Origin: Alphaproteobacteria bacterium
GTDB taxonomy: Bacteria > Pseudomonadota > Alphaproteobacteria > Rs-D84
Length of the DNA: 45,078 bases
NCBI GenBank assembly: GCA_024402815.1
Contig: JAKSTB010000002.1
Location: 1 to 45,078 of the forward strand
Direction of reading: 5' to 3'
The notes beneath the pieces are model-generated. The model did no database searches and was not told the DNA's origin. It worked only from the letters and a program-made list of their open reading frames with translations. Positions within the stretch are counted from its first letter, which is position 1; each line of letters begins with the position of its first letter. Shown one piece after another: positions 18,520-27,579 of the stretch. The translations under genes and the position numbers were made by a program.

Positions 18520-19353
18520 ATGAATATAGTTTATGACACACCTTTGCCAAATATGAAAGATGCCTTGTCTTGTTACAAAGACATTAGTGGGTATTGTGGT
18601 TTCACGATTTATAATAAATATTATCCTTGTCTTACAACAACGAACGAATACAACCAAATATTACAAACCAAAAATTATGTTATACCAAAATCAAAGGTTT
18701 TAACCGTATCAGGTTCTGGGGAACAACCTTTGTTTTTTAAATTGTTTGGGGCAGAACATATAACTACTTTTGATATTTCATACAATTCTTATTTAATGAC
18801 AAAACTTAAAACTATTGCCCTGCAAACATTTGACCAGGCGAAAGATTTCAACAAATTCTTGGATTGTTTGTATGATGAACATCATTTGTATTTTTTAAAA
18901 AATGATTACCAAAACATCATTCAAAAACTCAACAAACCCGAACAAAACTATCTTTGCAACGCACCTGAAAAAATAGATATATTTTATACAAACAGATGGT
19001 GCGATCTTTACAGTTTTACTGATTCAGATTATAAAAAATTAAGAGATTCAATTAAATCACCATTTCCTTTTATTTGGACAGACATTAAAAATCTGGATGA
19101 AAGGTTAGGTAATGCTAAATTTGATATTATATATTATTCCAATATTTGCGATTTTTTGTATTCGTACACGGTTGTTGATATATTGAAAAAAACCCAGAAA
19201 CATTTAAACCCAAACGGTAAAATATGTTTTGTCACAAATGATGACGACAAAGAATCTTTATTAGACAATATCAATCAAGCCATGTCATACGATGTGATAC
19301 ATAAAATGCCTGAACGTTTAAATTTTTATCTGGTTGTTGTTCAAACCAGATAG
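18520..19353 (+). CDS. DUF3419/BtaA-C-terminal-like SAM-binding protein
   Basis: VLTVSGSGEQPL...TFDIS (motif I-like) followed by YLMTKLKTIAL, as in DUF3419 proteins. Confidence 0.4.
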   Translation: MNIVYDTPLPNMKDALSCYKDISGYCGFTIYNKYYPCLTTTNEYNQILQTKNYVIPKSKVLTVSGSGEQPLFFKLFGAEHITTFDISYNSYLMTKLKTIALQTFDQAKDFNKFLDCLYDEHHLYFLKNDYQNIIQKLNKPEQNYLCNAPEKIDIFYTNRWCDLYSFTDSDYKKLRDSIKSPFPFIWTDIKNLDERLGNAKFDIIYYSNICDFLYSYTVVDILKKTQKHLNPNGKICFVTNDDDKESLLDNINQAMSYDVIHKMPERLNFYLVVVQTR

Positions 19354-19363
19354 AAAAGTCAGT

Positions 19364-19915
19364 TTATTTTTGTGGAATATCTGTTTTATTTTGAACTTCT
19401 ATACCTGATTCAAAATCTTCAACAAATTTCCAAACACCTTTATCCAATGTAAAATGAAAACATTGGCAATTTTTTATACCCCCAACTTTTAATCCACACG
19501 CCCAACACAAAGCGCGCGTTACACCGCCATGCGATGCAATTACAATATTTTTATGTTTGTCTTTATCAACAATATCGTCCAAACATTCTTTGACACGATT
19601 GAAATTATCCATTATGTGTTTTTGTTTTTCATCATTTTTATCATACCAAAAACCAAAAGCAGTTTCGGTTAAACGTTCATCTGTTATAATTTTAATATCT
19701 GGGTTACCAACCGCTATTTTTGCCGTATCCACCGCGCGTTTAAGTGGCGATGAATATGCAATATCTATGTTTTTATCAGATAAAAATTGATTTAATTTTT
19801 TTGCCTGTTCTTCACCAGATTTTGTTAACCATACATCCGTGCCCGTGCCATATCTTTCGCCCGCTTCGTTTTCATTAGTTTGCCCATGTCTAAAAAAATA
19901 AAAATGTCGTATCAT
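19364..19915 (-). CDS. histidine phosphatase (phosphoglycerate mutase-like) family protein
   Basis: FFRHGQT catalytic motif and ASHGG. Confidence 0.85.
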   Translation of the reverse strand: MIRHFYFFRHGQTNENEAGERYGTGTDVWLTKSGEEQAKKLNQFLSDKNIDIAYSSPLKRAVDTAKIAVGNPDIKIITDERLTETAFGFWYDKNDEKQKHIMDNFNRVKECLDDIVDKDKHKNIVIASHGGVTRALCWACGLKVGGIKNCQCFHFTLDKGVWKFVEDFESGIEVQNKTDIPQK

Positions 19916-19965
19916 GATAATCTCTGCCTTTGGTTTATAATTTACTATTATAGCATAAAATTTAT

Positions 19966-19991
19966 AAAAAGCGGGGTTATTGCCCCGCTTT
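19966..19991 (-). terminator. intrinsic terminator after the 504-aa gene
   Basis: AAAGCGGGG / CCCCGCTTT stem with loop TTATTG and a T-run on the minus strand. Confidence 0.75.
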
Positions 19992-19993
19992 AT

Positions 19994-21508
19994 TTATAAT
20001 CCCAAACCTAATATTTCTTGTAATTTTTTATCTATCAGATTTTGATTTGTTGGTACAGGGATATCTTTGACACCTGTTTTTCTCAATTCAGATAAAACAT
20101 CTGTAACATCTCTGTATTTTTCCAAATCTTGTTCTGTAAATGTTCTGCGTTTACTTGTTTCACGTAACAATTCATAATATTTATTATATTTTTTTATTGT
20201 TTCGCCATGTTCATTCAAAACACCCATACAAACAATAACAACGCCATTTGGGCCGTCACCCACAGTCCAAACCAAACGTTTTCTGTCGTTGTTTGTATTG
20301 CTGTCAACACTTTGCACCAATGTACAGCCATTTTCTTTTTCAACGGTTTGAACATTTGTCAAAATACCATCTTTTAATACCCACACAGGCCCCTGGTAAT
20401 TCACAAAATCAGCCGGATCTATATTGATTTTATTAATAGCATCCAACACAGATCTTTGACGACCAATACTTATTTGTTTTAATTGGTTATTGGTCATGTA
20501 TTTCGTTATTTCAACATGTTTATATTCCTGGGTGGTTTTGACAACTTTATCAGGTTTAACCTGTTTGTTTTGTGGTTGTTTTTGTTTTTCTTCTTCTTTC
20601 TTTTGGGTTTCTTGATTTTGCAAAGCCAAAATTTCCTGACGAATTAAATTCCAATCAGATGTGTCCGCACAAGCCACAGGAACACCGTCTTCACGCAATT
20701 TAACAGTTTTGTTTATACCGTTTCTGCGTTGATCAGACAAAATTATTCGAATATATCTGTTCAAATCGTCATTTGATAAATCAAGTGCAAATATTTCAGC
20801 ATCTTGTTTGCACAAATCTAAAATATCTCTTTTGTCGATATGTTGCCCAGATATCTTTTTATCCATGACTTCCGGTTTAATCGCGATTTCTTTTGTTTTT
20901 GGATTTGCAGATGTTGGTTTCTGTCTTTCTGGTATAATTTTATGCAAAAAGTATTCCGCCACAGAATTTTGTAAATTTATATTACCTTTTCTGCTGTAAA
21001 CCTTTACATGTTTATACTTTGACATAAATTTCAACGCAGATTCCAAATTATTTGGATCTTTCATTGCTTGTTTAGAAATCAAGTCGGGTTGAACAATCAA
21101 TTCTTTAATTTTTTGTGGTAATTTATCCAATAAAACATCCAAACTTCTGATACTGTATGAACAATCCATTTTTTCCGCAAACATAGGCAAAGTTGTATCT
21201 TCGGTTATATAATCTTTACCGCAATTACTACAATCAAAAATACCATCTGTAACCAAGAAAGGAAATATTTTAATATGTTTTGATGCAACAAAATCGCCTT
21301 TGAGCGCAACATGTTTAAAAAATGGCATCTGGGCACCCTTTTGCGGAATAAAACCACGAATGTTCACACTTTCATAGATTATATAAAATCCGAATTCTTC
21401 GGTTATTTTTGGTAATTGCAATGGATTCAAACGCGCCAATGATATTGGTGTTATATTTTCATCATCATTAAAAACAACTTTTTCTACCAAAACTTTCTTT
21501 TGAGACAT
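19994..21508 (-). CDS. hypothetical protein (504 aa)
   Basis: ATG preceded by AAGAGG. Central K/Q/E-rich linker. No confident motif. Confidence 0.6.
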   Translation of the reverse strand: MSQKKVLVEKVVFNDDENITPISLARLNPLQLPKITEEFGFYIIYESVNIRGFIPQKGAQMPFFKHVALKGDFVASKHIKIFPFLVTDGIFDCSNCGKDYITEDTTLPMFAEKMDCSYSIRSLDVLLDKLPQKIKELIVQPDLISKQAMKDPNNLESALKFMSKYKHVKVYSRKGNINLQNSVAEYFLHKIIPERQKPTSANPKTKEIAIKPEVMDKKISGQHIDKRDILDLCKQDAEIFALDLSNDDLNRYIRIILSDQRRNGINKTVKLREDGVPVACADTSDWNLIRQEILALQNQETQKKEEEKQKQPQNKQVKPDKVVKTTQEYKHVEITKYMTNNQLKQISIGRQRSVLDAINKINIDPADFVNYQGPVWVLKDGILTNVQTVEKENGCTLVQSVDSNTNNDRKRLVWTVGDGPNGVVIVCMGVLNEHGETIKKYNKYYELLRETSKRRTFTEQDLEKYRDVTDVLSELRKTGVKDIPVPTNQNLIDKKLQEILGLGL

Positions 21509-21598
21509 TTTTGACCTCTTGTTTTATATTATTTTAATACAAAAATATAAATTGTCAATATATTCATAAAAAAACATATTATAAAAGAATTAAAAAAG

Positions 21599-21607
21599 TG
21601 ATATAAT
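21599..21607 (+). promoter_or_regulatory. extended -10 (TGATATAAT) upstream of lrgA
   Basis: TG-n-TATAAT, 22 nt before the ATG. GGGAGAGAG SD follows. Confidence 0.45.
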
Positions 21608-21629
21608 ACATTAAAACAGCGGGAGAGAG

Positions 21630-21989
21630 ATGAAATACCTTTTTCAATTTATGATTATTCTGTTTTTTGTATTTCTTGGGGAAATATGTGAACATTTTAT
21701 ACCCTTGCCTATCGCGGGCAGTATTTATGGATTGTTATTATTGTTTGTTGCCCTGTGTTTACACATTGTTAAATTGGAATGGGTTTCAGATATTGCAGAT
21801 TGGTTTCACAGTGTAATGGCTTTGTTTTTTATTGCGCCTGCTGCCGCGGTTATAGACATATGGGGCGATATATCTGATATTTGGTATTATCTGGTGTTCT
21901 TGTTGGTTGCAACATATGTTGTAAGTATGATTGCAACTGGAAAAACCGCTGATTATTTTATAAGGACGAACAAGGATAAGAAAAAATGA
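21630..21989 (+). CDS. lrgA: CidA/LrgA family holin-like protein
   Basis: 119 aa with four hydrophobic helices and an ATGA overlap with lrgB. Confidence 0.85.
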   Translation: MKYLFQFMIILFFVFLGEICEHFIPLPIAGSIYGLLLLFVALCLHIVKLEWVSDIADWFHSVMALFFIAPAAAVIDIWGDISDIWYYLVFLLVATYVVSMIATGKTADYFIRTNKDKKK

Positions 21990-22684
21990 TAGATTTGATT
22001 GCAAATTCTTCATATTTTGGTGCAACCATAACTATACTTATGTTTATGATTGCTTCGTTCATAAATAAAAAATGGCAAAATCCATTTACAACACCTTTGT
22101 TCTTGGCAACCTTTTTTGTCATCGCTGTGTTGTTATCATTTAATATTCCATATGCTATGTATAACGCATCTGCAAAATATTTAACTTATTTTTTGGTACC
22201 TGTAACCGTATGTTTTGCAGTCCCTATGTATCGACAATTACCCCTTTTGAAAAAGCATATTTTTTCAATATTATTCGCAATGTTTATCGGTGTAATGGCA
22301 TCTGTATTATCGGTATGTATAATTGTTATTGTATTGGGTTTATCAGACATTATTGCGCGTTCTTTGGTATCTATATCTGTAACAACAGCTTTGGCTATTG
22401 GCATCACACAAAAATTGGGTGGTATGGTTTCTTTGACTGTATCTGCGGTTATTATCACAGGTATTTTGGGCGCATCGGTCAGCGACAAATTATGTAAATG
22501 GGCACGCATAAAAAATCCAATTTCACGCGGTTTGGCTATTGGAAATGCTGCACATGCAGCCGGAACAGTAAAAGCCATGGAAATGGGAAAAATAGAAGGT
22601 TCTTTCAGTTCTTTAGCAATAGTATTATCTGGTTTAATGACCGCAGTTATTGCACCAATCGTAATATGGTTTTGTTTCGGTTAA
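21986..22684 (+). CDS. lrgB: LrgB family protein
   Basis: 232-aa polytopic protein. Motifs SITTALAIGITQKLGG and RGLAIGNAAHAAGT are typical of LrgB. Confidence 0.88.
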   Translation: MIDLIANSSYFGATITILMFMIASFINKKWQNPFTTPLFLATFFVIAVLLSFNIPYAMYNASAKYLTYFLVPVTVCFAVPMYRQLPLLKKHIFSILFAMFIGVMASVLSVCIIVIVLGLSDIIARSLVSISVTTALAIGITQKLGGMVSLTVSAVIITGILGASVSDKLCKWARIKNPISRGLAIGNAAHAAGTVKAMEMGKIEGSFSSLAIVLSGLMTAVIAPIVIWFCFG

Positions 22685-22697
22685 AAAAAGAATAAAA

Positions 22698-22985
22698 ATG
22701 TTATCACATGCTTTTAATTTTGAAGGTGGGGAATTTTTGTCAAAAATGGGGGCTTCGTGGTTTGTATCATATTTATATTATAAAAAAATAGATAAAACAC
22801 ATACAAATTGGACTCTTGTTGGAACATCAACCAGAATACCTGTTTTTAATAAAACAGGTAACTATCATGATTATTGGTTAAGAAAAATTTTAGAAATGGA
22901 TGATAATAAATTAAATACAAATAAAATAAAATTGTCTGCACCAGAAATTAAAAATATGGCTAAAAATTTATTAAAATTATTTTAA
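22698..22985 (+). CDS. hypothetical protein (95 aa)
   Basis: ORF only. No SD. The 3' end overlaps the convergent 204-aa gene by 9 nt. Confidence 0.3.
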   Translation: MLSHAFNFEGGEFLSKMGASWFVSYLYYKKIDKTHTNWTLVGTSTRIPVFNKTGNYHDYWLRKILEMDDNKLNTNKIKLSAPEIKNMAKNLLKLF

Positions 22986-23591
22986 ACACTTTTTTAATGT
23001 TTCACCGGTATCGTTTTGATCAACGCGTTTGTTGCGAATTTCTTCATCGGCCTTTAATTGTTGTTTAAGTAAAACTATATCAGGATGACTTTGTATTTCT
23101 TCATTTAATTTATCAATCGCAGATTCTATATCTTCCTTGTTTTTTACGAATATAGGTGTAATAGAATTTACCGCATTAAACAAAGATTTTTTCACCAATT
23201 CATCATTATCATCTATGACAGATAAATAGGCGTGTATATGTTGATCTTCGTGCGCCAAAATTGCATCATAAGAACAAGTATTTGGCTTATGCGAAATATC
23301 AATTTGAACCAGAAAATCAACATATCCAATCGTTGCTTCTACACTTTTTAATGCGACACAAAAACCGTCTTCTATGGATGTAATATCACTGGTTATATCA
23401 TAATTATCAACCATAGTTGCAATTACATCACCGTGCAAAACGTCCATATGTTGTAAAGGCTGAACAACCTGTTTTTGCCAAGACGGCATATTAACTGTAA
23501 CTTTGGGTTTTAATTTATAATCTAAACAATCATCTGCAAATAATATTGTTGGTAAAAAAAACAGTGTTAAAAATACAAATTTCTTAAACAT
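22977..23591 (-). CDS. secreted HExxH protein (DUF922-like putative Zn metalloprotease)
   Basis: Signal peptide MFKKFVFLTLFFLPTILFA and an AHEDQH motif. Starts 6 nt after the virB4 stop. Confidence 0.45.
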   Translation of the reverse strand: MFKKFVFLTLFFLPTILFADDCLDYKLKPKVTVNMPSWQKQVVQPLQHMDVLHGDVIATMVDNYDITSDITSIEDGFCVALKSVEATIGYVDFLVQIDISHKPNTCSYDAILAHEDQHIHAYLSVIDDNDELVKKSLFNAVNSITPIFVKNKEDIESAIDKLNEEIQSHPDIVLLKQQLKADEEIRNKRVDQNDTGETLKKCLK

Positions 23592-23597
23592 ATGGTT

Positions 23598-26012
23598 TTA
23601 CATTATTTGTTTTTTAAGATATTCAGTTACAAATTTATTGCCATAAATTTTGTACAAATCTTCCGCCAACAACACAGATGAACGACCAGATTCAAACAAT
23701 CTTAACAAATTACCCAAACCACCTAATTCTGTATTCAAAATAACAGATTCACCGTTTATAGGACGTGATAACAATACCGCCCTTTTCAAATTTGGATATG
23801 CTTTACCCTGGATAAATGCCATTTCCAAAGGATTTAAATTCCATTTTTCATAATCACTTAAATCTGCCGCAGGATTACGGAAGAACAAAACTGTTTGTGC
23901 CTGGCCACGAACCACATCACCTATGCCTAATTTATCCAAAACATTTGCACGTTGGAACGCAACCATATATGCCTGACGGTTTTTACGACCTTCCTGTAAC
24001 CCAGCTATGAAATTATCGCGGAACATTTTGTTTTCCAACATAGGCGCGGTTTCGTCAATCATAATAAGTGACGGATTTCCGCCGGATACAGTAACATTAT
24101 TAATTCTGTGCAAGATATAAGATATAACCGCAGGTGCCAAAACTTCATCCTGTAAAATTTCTGTAAAATCAAATGTTGTTAATCTGGAATTCAAATCCAA
24201 AGTATCTTCATCTTCATTGAAGATATCGCCATATTGTAATGGGTCAATCCATTTCTTTAATTCACCACGCATAGTTCCAGATGATGAAAAACAGCTTTCA
24301 TATAAGTTCTTTAACAATCTGTCTCTCATAGATAAGTAATCAAAATTCACAGATACAGCACGTGCAATTTCATCACCAGATAACACATCTGTTTGACCGG
24401 TTATCATCGCAAACCATCTGCGCAAGAAAGCCCTGTTTGCCGCCGTATCAGGCATTTTTAATGGGTTCAAGTGAGTTAAAAATGTATTTTGTGCCGCATC
24501 TTTTTCTTTACCGTTCATAGTTATATATTTACCATCAATAGATAATGTAAATATTTCTGCACCCCTGTTACGATCAAAGAAGAATGCTTTCAGTTTTGGA
24601 TGACGTAAAGATTGTGCAATTAAAAACGAGAATAATGTTGTTTTACCACCACCTGTTGGCCCGATTGTTAATGTATGACCCACAGCAACCGGTTTATCAG
24701 ATACATGGAATTGGAATTGATATGGTGTACCTTGGGCTGTCGGGAAAGTAACAAGAGGTCCAGGACCCCAATCACAATCTTTGATACCTTTTGGCATACT
24801 GGACAAAGGTATACTGATTGCGGCTGTTTTTGATAACATTTTAAATATTCTTGGGAATACATCAAATCCTGGTATTTGCGCAAAAAATGATACTTTGGAT
24901 GCAAATGTTTCAACCACAGGTGATATTCCAAATGAAGCGCATATTTTCTTGAATTCTGCGACATTTTTATTTAATTCATCTTTATTATATCCAAACAAAA
25001 TAAACAAAGGATAATAATCAACCAAAGTTTGTGCACCGGTTATATTTTCATCCATAGATGATTCAGCTTCACTGATTTGTTCCAATGTAGAATCTTCTGT
25101 TTGGTCTGTAACTGTGGATCTGTGTTGGCGCATCAATGCTTCTATGTCATTTGGTCTTAAAATATGAAAACCGTTCATATTTATCATTTCGCATTGTATA
25201 GTTGAAATTGTATTATAAAATTCTTCATCCAGATAATCAGGGGCAGTTTTGAAAGACAAAGCCGCAGCATAATATGTTTTTTCACCACTTGAATATTCTA
25301 TGATACCGTTTCCTAAAAATTCTACATTATCAACAGTAACCAGATTTCTTATATTTTCATCACATGTTTTTATAACAGGTTTTGTCACAGGTGATAATAT
25401 ACGACCAAAAAATGTTGCCATATTATTAACGGTATTATTTTTTAATAATTCTGGTTTATACACAGACAACATAGATTCAATATAATTACAATATTGATTT
25501 AATTTTTCGCGGTTATTTGCGCCTTTGACAGAAATAACAACATAATAAGTATTTGTGAAAATCTTTAAACCTTGGTTATTCCATTTATCATAAATACTTT
25601 GCAAAACAGGTTGATGAAATTCATAATTTGTTTTTTCATCTGCGGAATCACGAATTGTAAAAAATCTGATATATACAGCCGGATCTTGAATTTGATTAAA
25701 TAATTGTGTTCTTAAATCCAGTAATTTTTCATTATTTTTTTCATCCATCATACTGGTTTGAACGCCGTTTATTTTATAAACACGCATCAATGAGCCATCA
25801 TCGGTTGACATAGTGTCATCGTTATAAACAGTTCTGAATGGTAAATAATCAGAATATTTTGCATAACCAAATTTTGGTAAAATCTTTTTAGTTAATACTG
25901 GTAAATATATCAACAAAACAATAAATACCAATAAAATAGACATCGCAATAATAACAAAAGTTAATATTGTTGATGTATTACTGCCGGCAAAATAATCAAA
26001 TAAATATTCCAT
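23598..26012 (-). CDS. virB4: type IV secretion system ATPase VirB4
   Basis: 804 aa, Walker A GPTGGGKTT, N-terminal TM segment. Sits 1 nt after the virB3 stop. Confidence 0.93.
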   Translation of the reverse strand: MEYLFDYFAGSNTSTILTFVIIAMSILLVFIVLLIYLPVLTKKILPKFGYAKYSDYLPFRTVYNDDTMSTDDGSLMRVYKINGVQTSMMDEKNNEKLLDLRTQLFNQIQDPAVYIRFFTIRDSADEKTNYEFHQPVLQSIYDKWNNQGLKIFTNTYYVVISVKGANNREKLNQYCNYIESMLSVYKPELLKNNTVNNMATFFGRILSPVTKPVIKTCDENIRNLVTVDNVEFLGNGIIEYSSGEKTYYAAALSFKTAPDYLDEEFYNTISTIQCEMINMNGFHILRPNDIEALMRQHRSTVTDQTEDSTLEQISEAESSMDENITGAQTLVDYYPLFILFGYNKDELNKNVAEFKKICASFGISPVVETFASKVSFFAQIPGFDVFPRIFKMLSKTAAISIPLSSMPKGIKDCDWGPGPLVTFPTAQGTPYQFQFHVSDKPVAVGHTLTIGPTGGGKTTLFSFLIAQSLRHPKLKAFFFDRNRGAEIFTLSIDGKYITMNGKEKDAAQNTFLTHLNPLKMPDTAANRAFLRRWFAMITGQTDVLSGDEIARAVSVNFDYLSMRDRLLKNLYESCFSSSGTMRGELKKWIDPLQYGDIFNEDEDTLDLNSRLTTFDFTEILQDEVLAPAVISYILHRINNVTVSGGNPSLIMIDETAPMLENKMFRDNFIAGLQEGRKNRQAYMVAFQRANVLDKLGIGDVVRGQAQTVLFFRNPAADLSDYEKWNLNPLEMAFIQGKAYPNLKRAVLLSRPINGESVILNTELGGLGNLLRLFESGRSSVLLAEDLYKIYGNKFVTEYLKKQIM

Positions 26013-26013
26013 T

Positions 26014-26310
26014 TTATACTACTAATTTCCTTGGTACTTTGTTTTTAAACAGAAAAAAACTTGAAAATATCAGTTGAGCGATTTGAGAATCTTTCTTTGA
26101 ATAAATACCTAAAATACTGTGTGTTAAACATAAAACACCTATAAAAAACAATGGTAACAAAGTGGGAATATTACCAGTTATCAGCAAAAAACAAATTAAT
26201 GCCACGATAAATAAAATAAACAAAACTATAAAATTTAATATCGCAAGCGAATAAGGCACATAAAATATGCGCGGCGGATTTGCCAAAGCTTTCAAAACCT
26301 TTTGTTTCAA
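26014..26310 (-). CDS. virB3: type IV secretion system protein VirB3
   Basis: 98 aa with two TM helices. TTG start preceded by GGGAGAGGGG. Position is immediately upstream of virB4. Confidence 0.8.
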   Translation of the reverse strand: MKQKVLKALANPPRIFYVPYSLAILNFIVLFILFIVALICFLLITGNIPTLLPLFFIGVLCLTHSILGIYSKKDSQIAQLIFSSFFLFKNKVPRKLVV

Positions 26311-26571
26311 AACCCCTCTCCCGATGTATTTATTATATCAATTTCAACTTTTTTCAACAAGCATAAAAGTAAAAACAATAATTTTTGTTTAATATATAAA
26401 AAATTGCTTGTTTTTTAACAATTTGAATAGTTGTATCAAATTATCAACAATTTTAAAATATACGCAAAAAACTTGGATTTTTTTGTTGAAAAAATGTTTA
26501 TAAAACGTTAATTCAAGTTTTTAATAAAATAAACAGGTACAATAAAAACAACAAATAATTATAATAAATAT

Positions 26572-26599
26572 TTGATTTTTTATAAAACTGGTTTATAAT
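26572..26599 (+). promoter_or_regulatory. promoter of rpmJ
   Basis: TTGATT (26572-26577), 16-nt spacer, TATAAT (26594-26599). Confidence 0.5.
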
Positions 26600-26622
26600 A
26601 AGCCAGCAAAAAGGATTTTGAT

Positions 26623-26757
26623 ATGAAATTTTTAAGTTCTTTAAAAGCTTGGAAAAAACGCGGTAACATTAAACAAATTCGCCGTGGTAAACAGGTTATT
26701 TTAATTGATCCTGCAAACCCAAAATTAAAGGCAAAGCAAGGATTCAAAAGAAAATAA
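26623..26757 (+). CDS. rpmJ: 50S ribosomal protein L36 (non-zinc, alphaproteobacterial type)
   Basis: 44-aa ORF absent from the track: MKFLSSLKAWKKRGNIKQIRRGKQVILIDPANPKLKAKQGFKRK. It matches the MK..SLK......RR.G...I....NP..KA.QG pattern. AAGGA SD. Confidence 0.8.
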   Translation: MKFLSSLKAWKKRGNIKQIRRGKQVILIDPANPKLKAKQGFKRK

Positions 26758-26781
26758 GTCCAATTGGATGATATTTTTTAG

Positions 26782-26806
26782 CCCGTTTTTAACGGGTATT
26801 TTTTTA
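26782..26806 (+). terminator. terminator after rpmJ
   Basis: CCCGTT / AACGGG stem followed by TATTTTTTT. Confidence 0.6.
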
Positions 26807-27502
26807 TTCATTTGATAAAAACGCTTCCTTGAATATATCTTGAATTTCAGATGTAGATAATCCTGCATTACGTAAATAGATTATTTGGTTATTATTTGGT
26901 TTATACAAAGATGCAGAATGTTTAGCAGAATTTGGAACAGACTTTATGTACTGAACAGGTTTCATTTGAATTTTTGTATTTTCATCAGCCATCACAGAAA
27001 AAGATATATCTGAATCACAATTTTCCATATTTTTTTCTATATTTGCATAACCATTTAATATTGTATTTGAATTTTTATGTGCCAGAACACGTGTTTTTAC
27101 AAAAATACCGGTATTTTCACATAAATGATTACAATTTACATCAATTTTCAGGTTATCATAATTTTGTACAATAATTTGCCCATCAAACAAACTATTTTTC
27201 CCGGTGTTTTTGATAAAAATATTCAAAAAGGCCGGCTTTTTATTTTTTATTTTTGTTGTCAAAACAACTTTTGTATTTTCTGATAATACATCTATGTTTA
27301 AATTTATATCACCACCAATTTCACCAATATATATAATATGAATCGGTAATTTTGGTGTTTTGTTTATTGAGATTATATTTTTATCAGCATTATATACTAT
27401 ATTTTCATAATCAGATAATTCATCACAAAAAACACCATCACGAAAAACCAAAGTTTCCGCCTGAAATGTTTTTATATTGAATTCTTGCCAAAGGTATGAC
27501 AT
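26804..27502 (-). CDS. short SufD/SufB-family (SUF Fe-S assembly, beta-helix) protein
   Basis: C-terminal KHSASLYKPNNNQIIYLRNAGLSTSEIQDIFKEAFL matches the SufBD signature. The ATG at 27502 has AGGA 6 nt upstream. The alternative ATG at 27532 has no SD. Confidence 0.5.
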   Translation of the reverse strand: MSYLWQEFNIKTFQAETLVFRDGVFCDELSDYENIVYNADKNIISINKTPKLPIHIIYIGEIGGDINLNIDVLSENTKVVLTTKIKNKKPAFLNIFIKNTGKNSLFDGQIIVQNYDNLKIDVNCNHLCENTGIFVKTRVLAHKNSNTILNGYANIEKNMENCDSDISFSVMADENTKIQMKPVQYIKSVPNSAKHSASLYKPNNNQIIYLRNAGLSTSEIQDIFKEAFLSNE

Positions 27503-27579
27503 ATTTAATCCTGATGTTGATATATAAAACATATTAAAATAAAAAAATTTGAAAACAAATAAAAAATTGGTGAAAAGAT

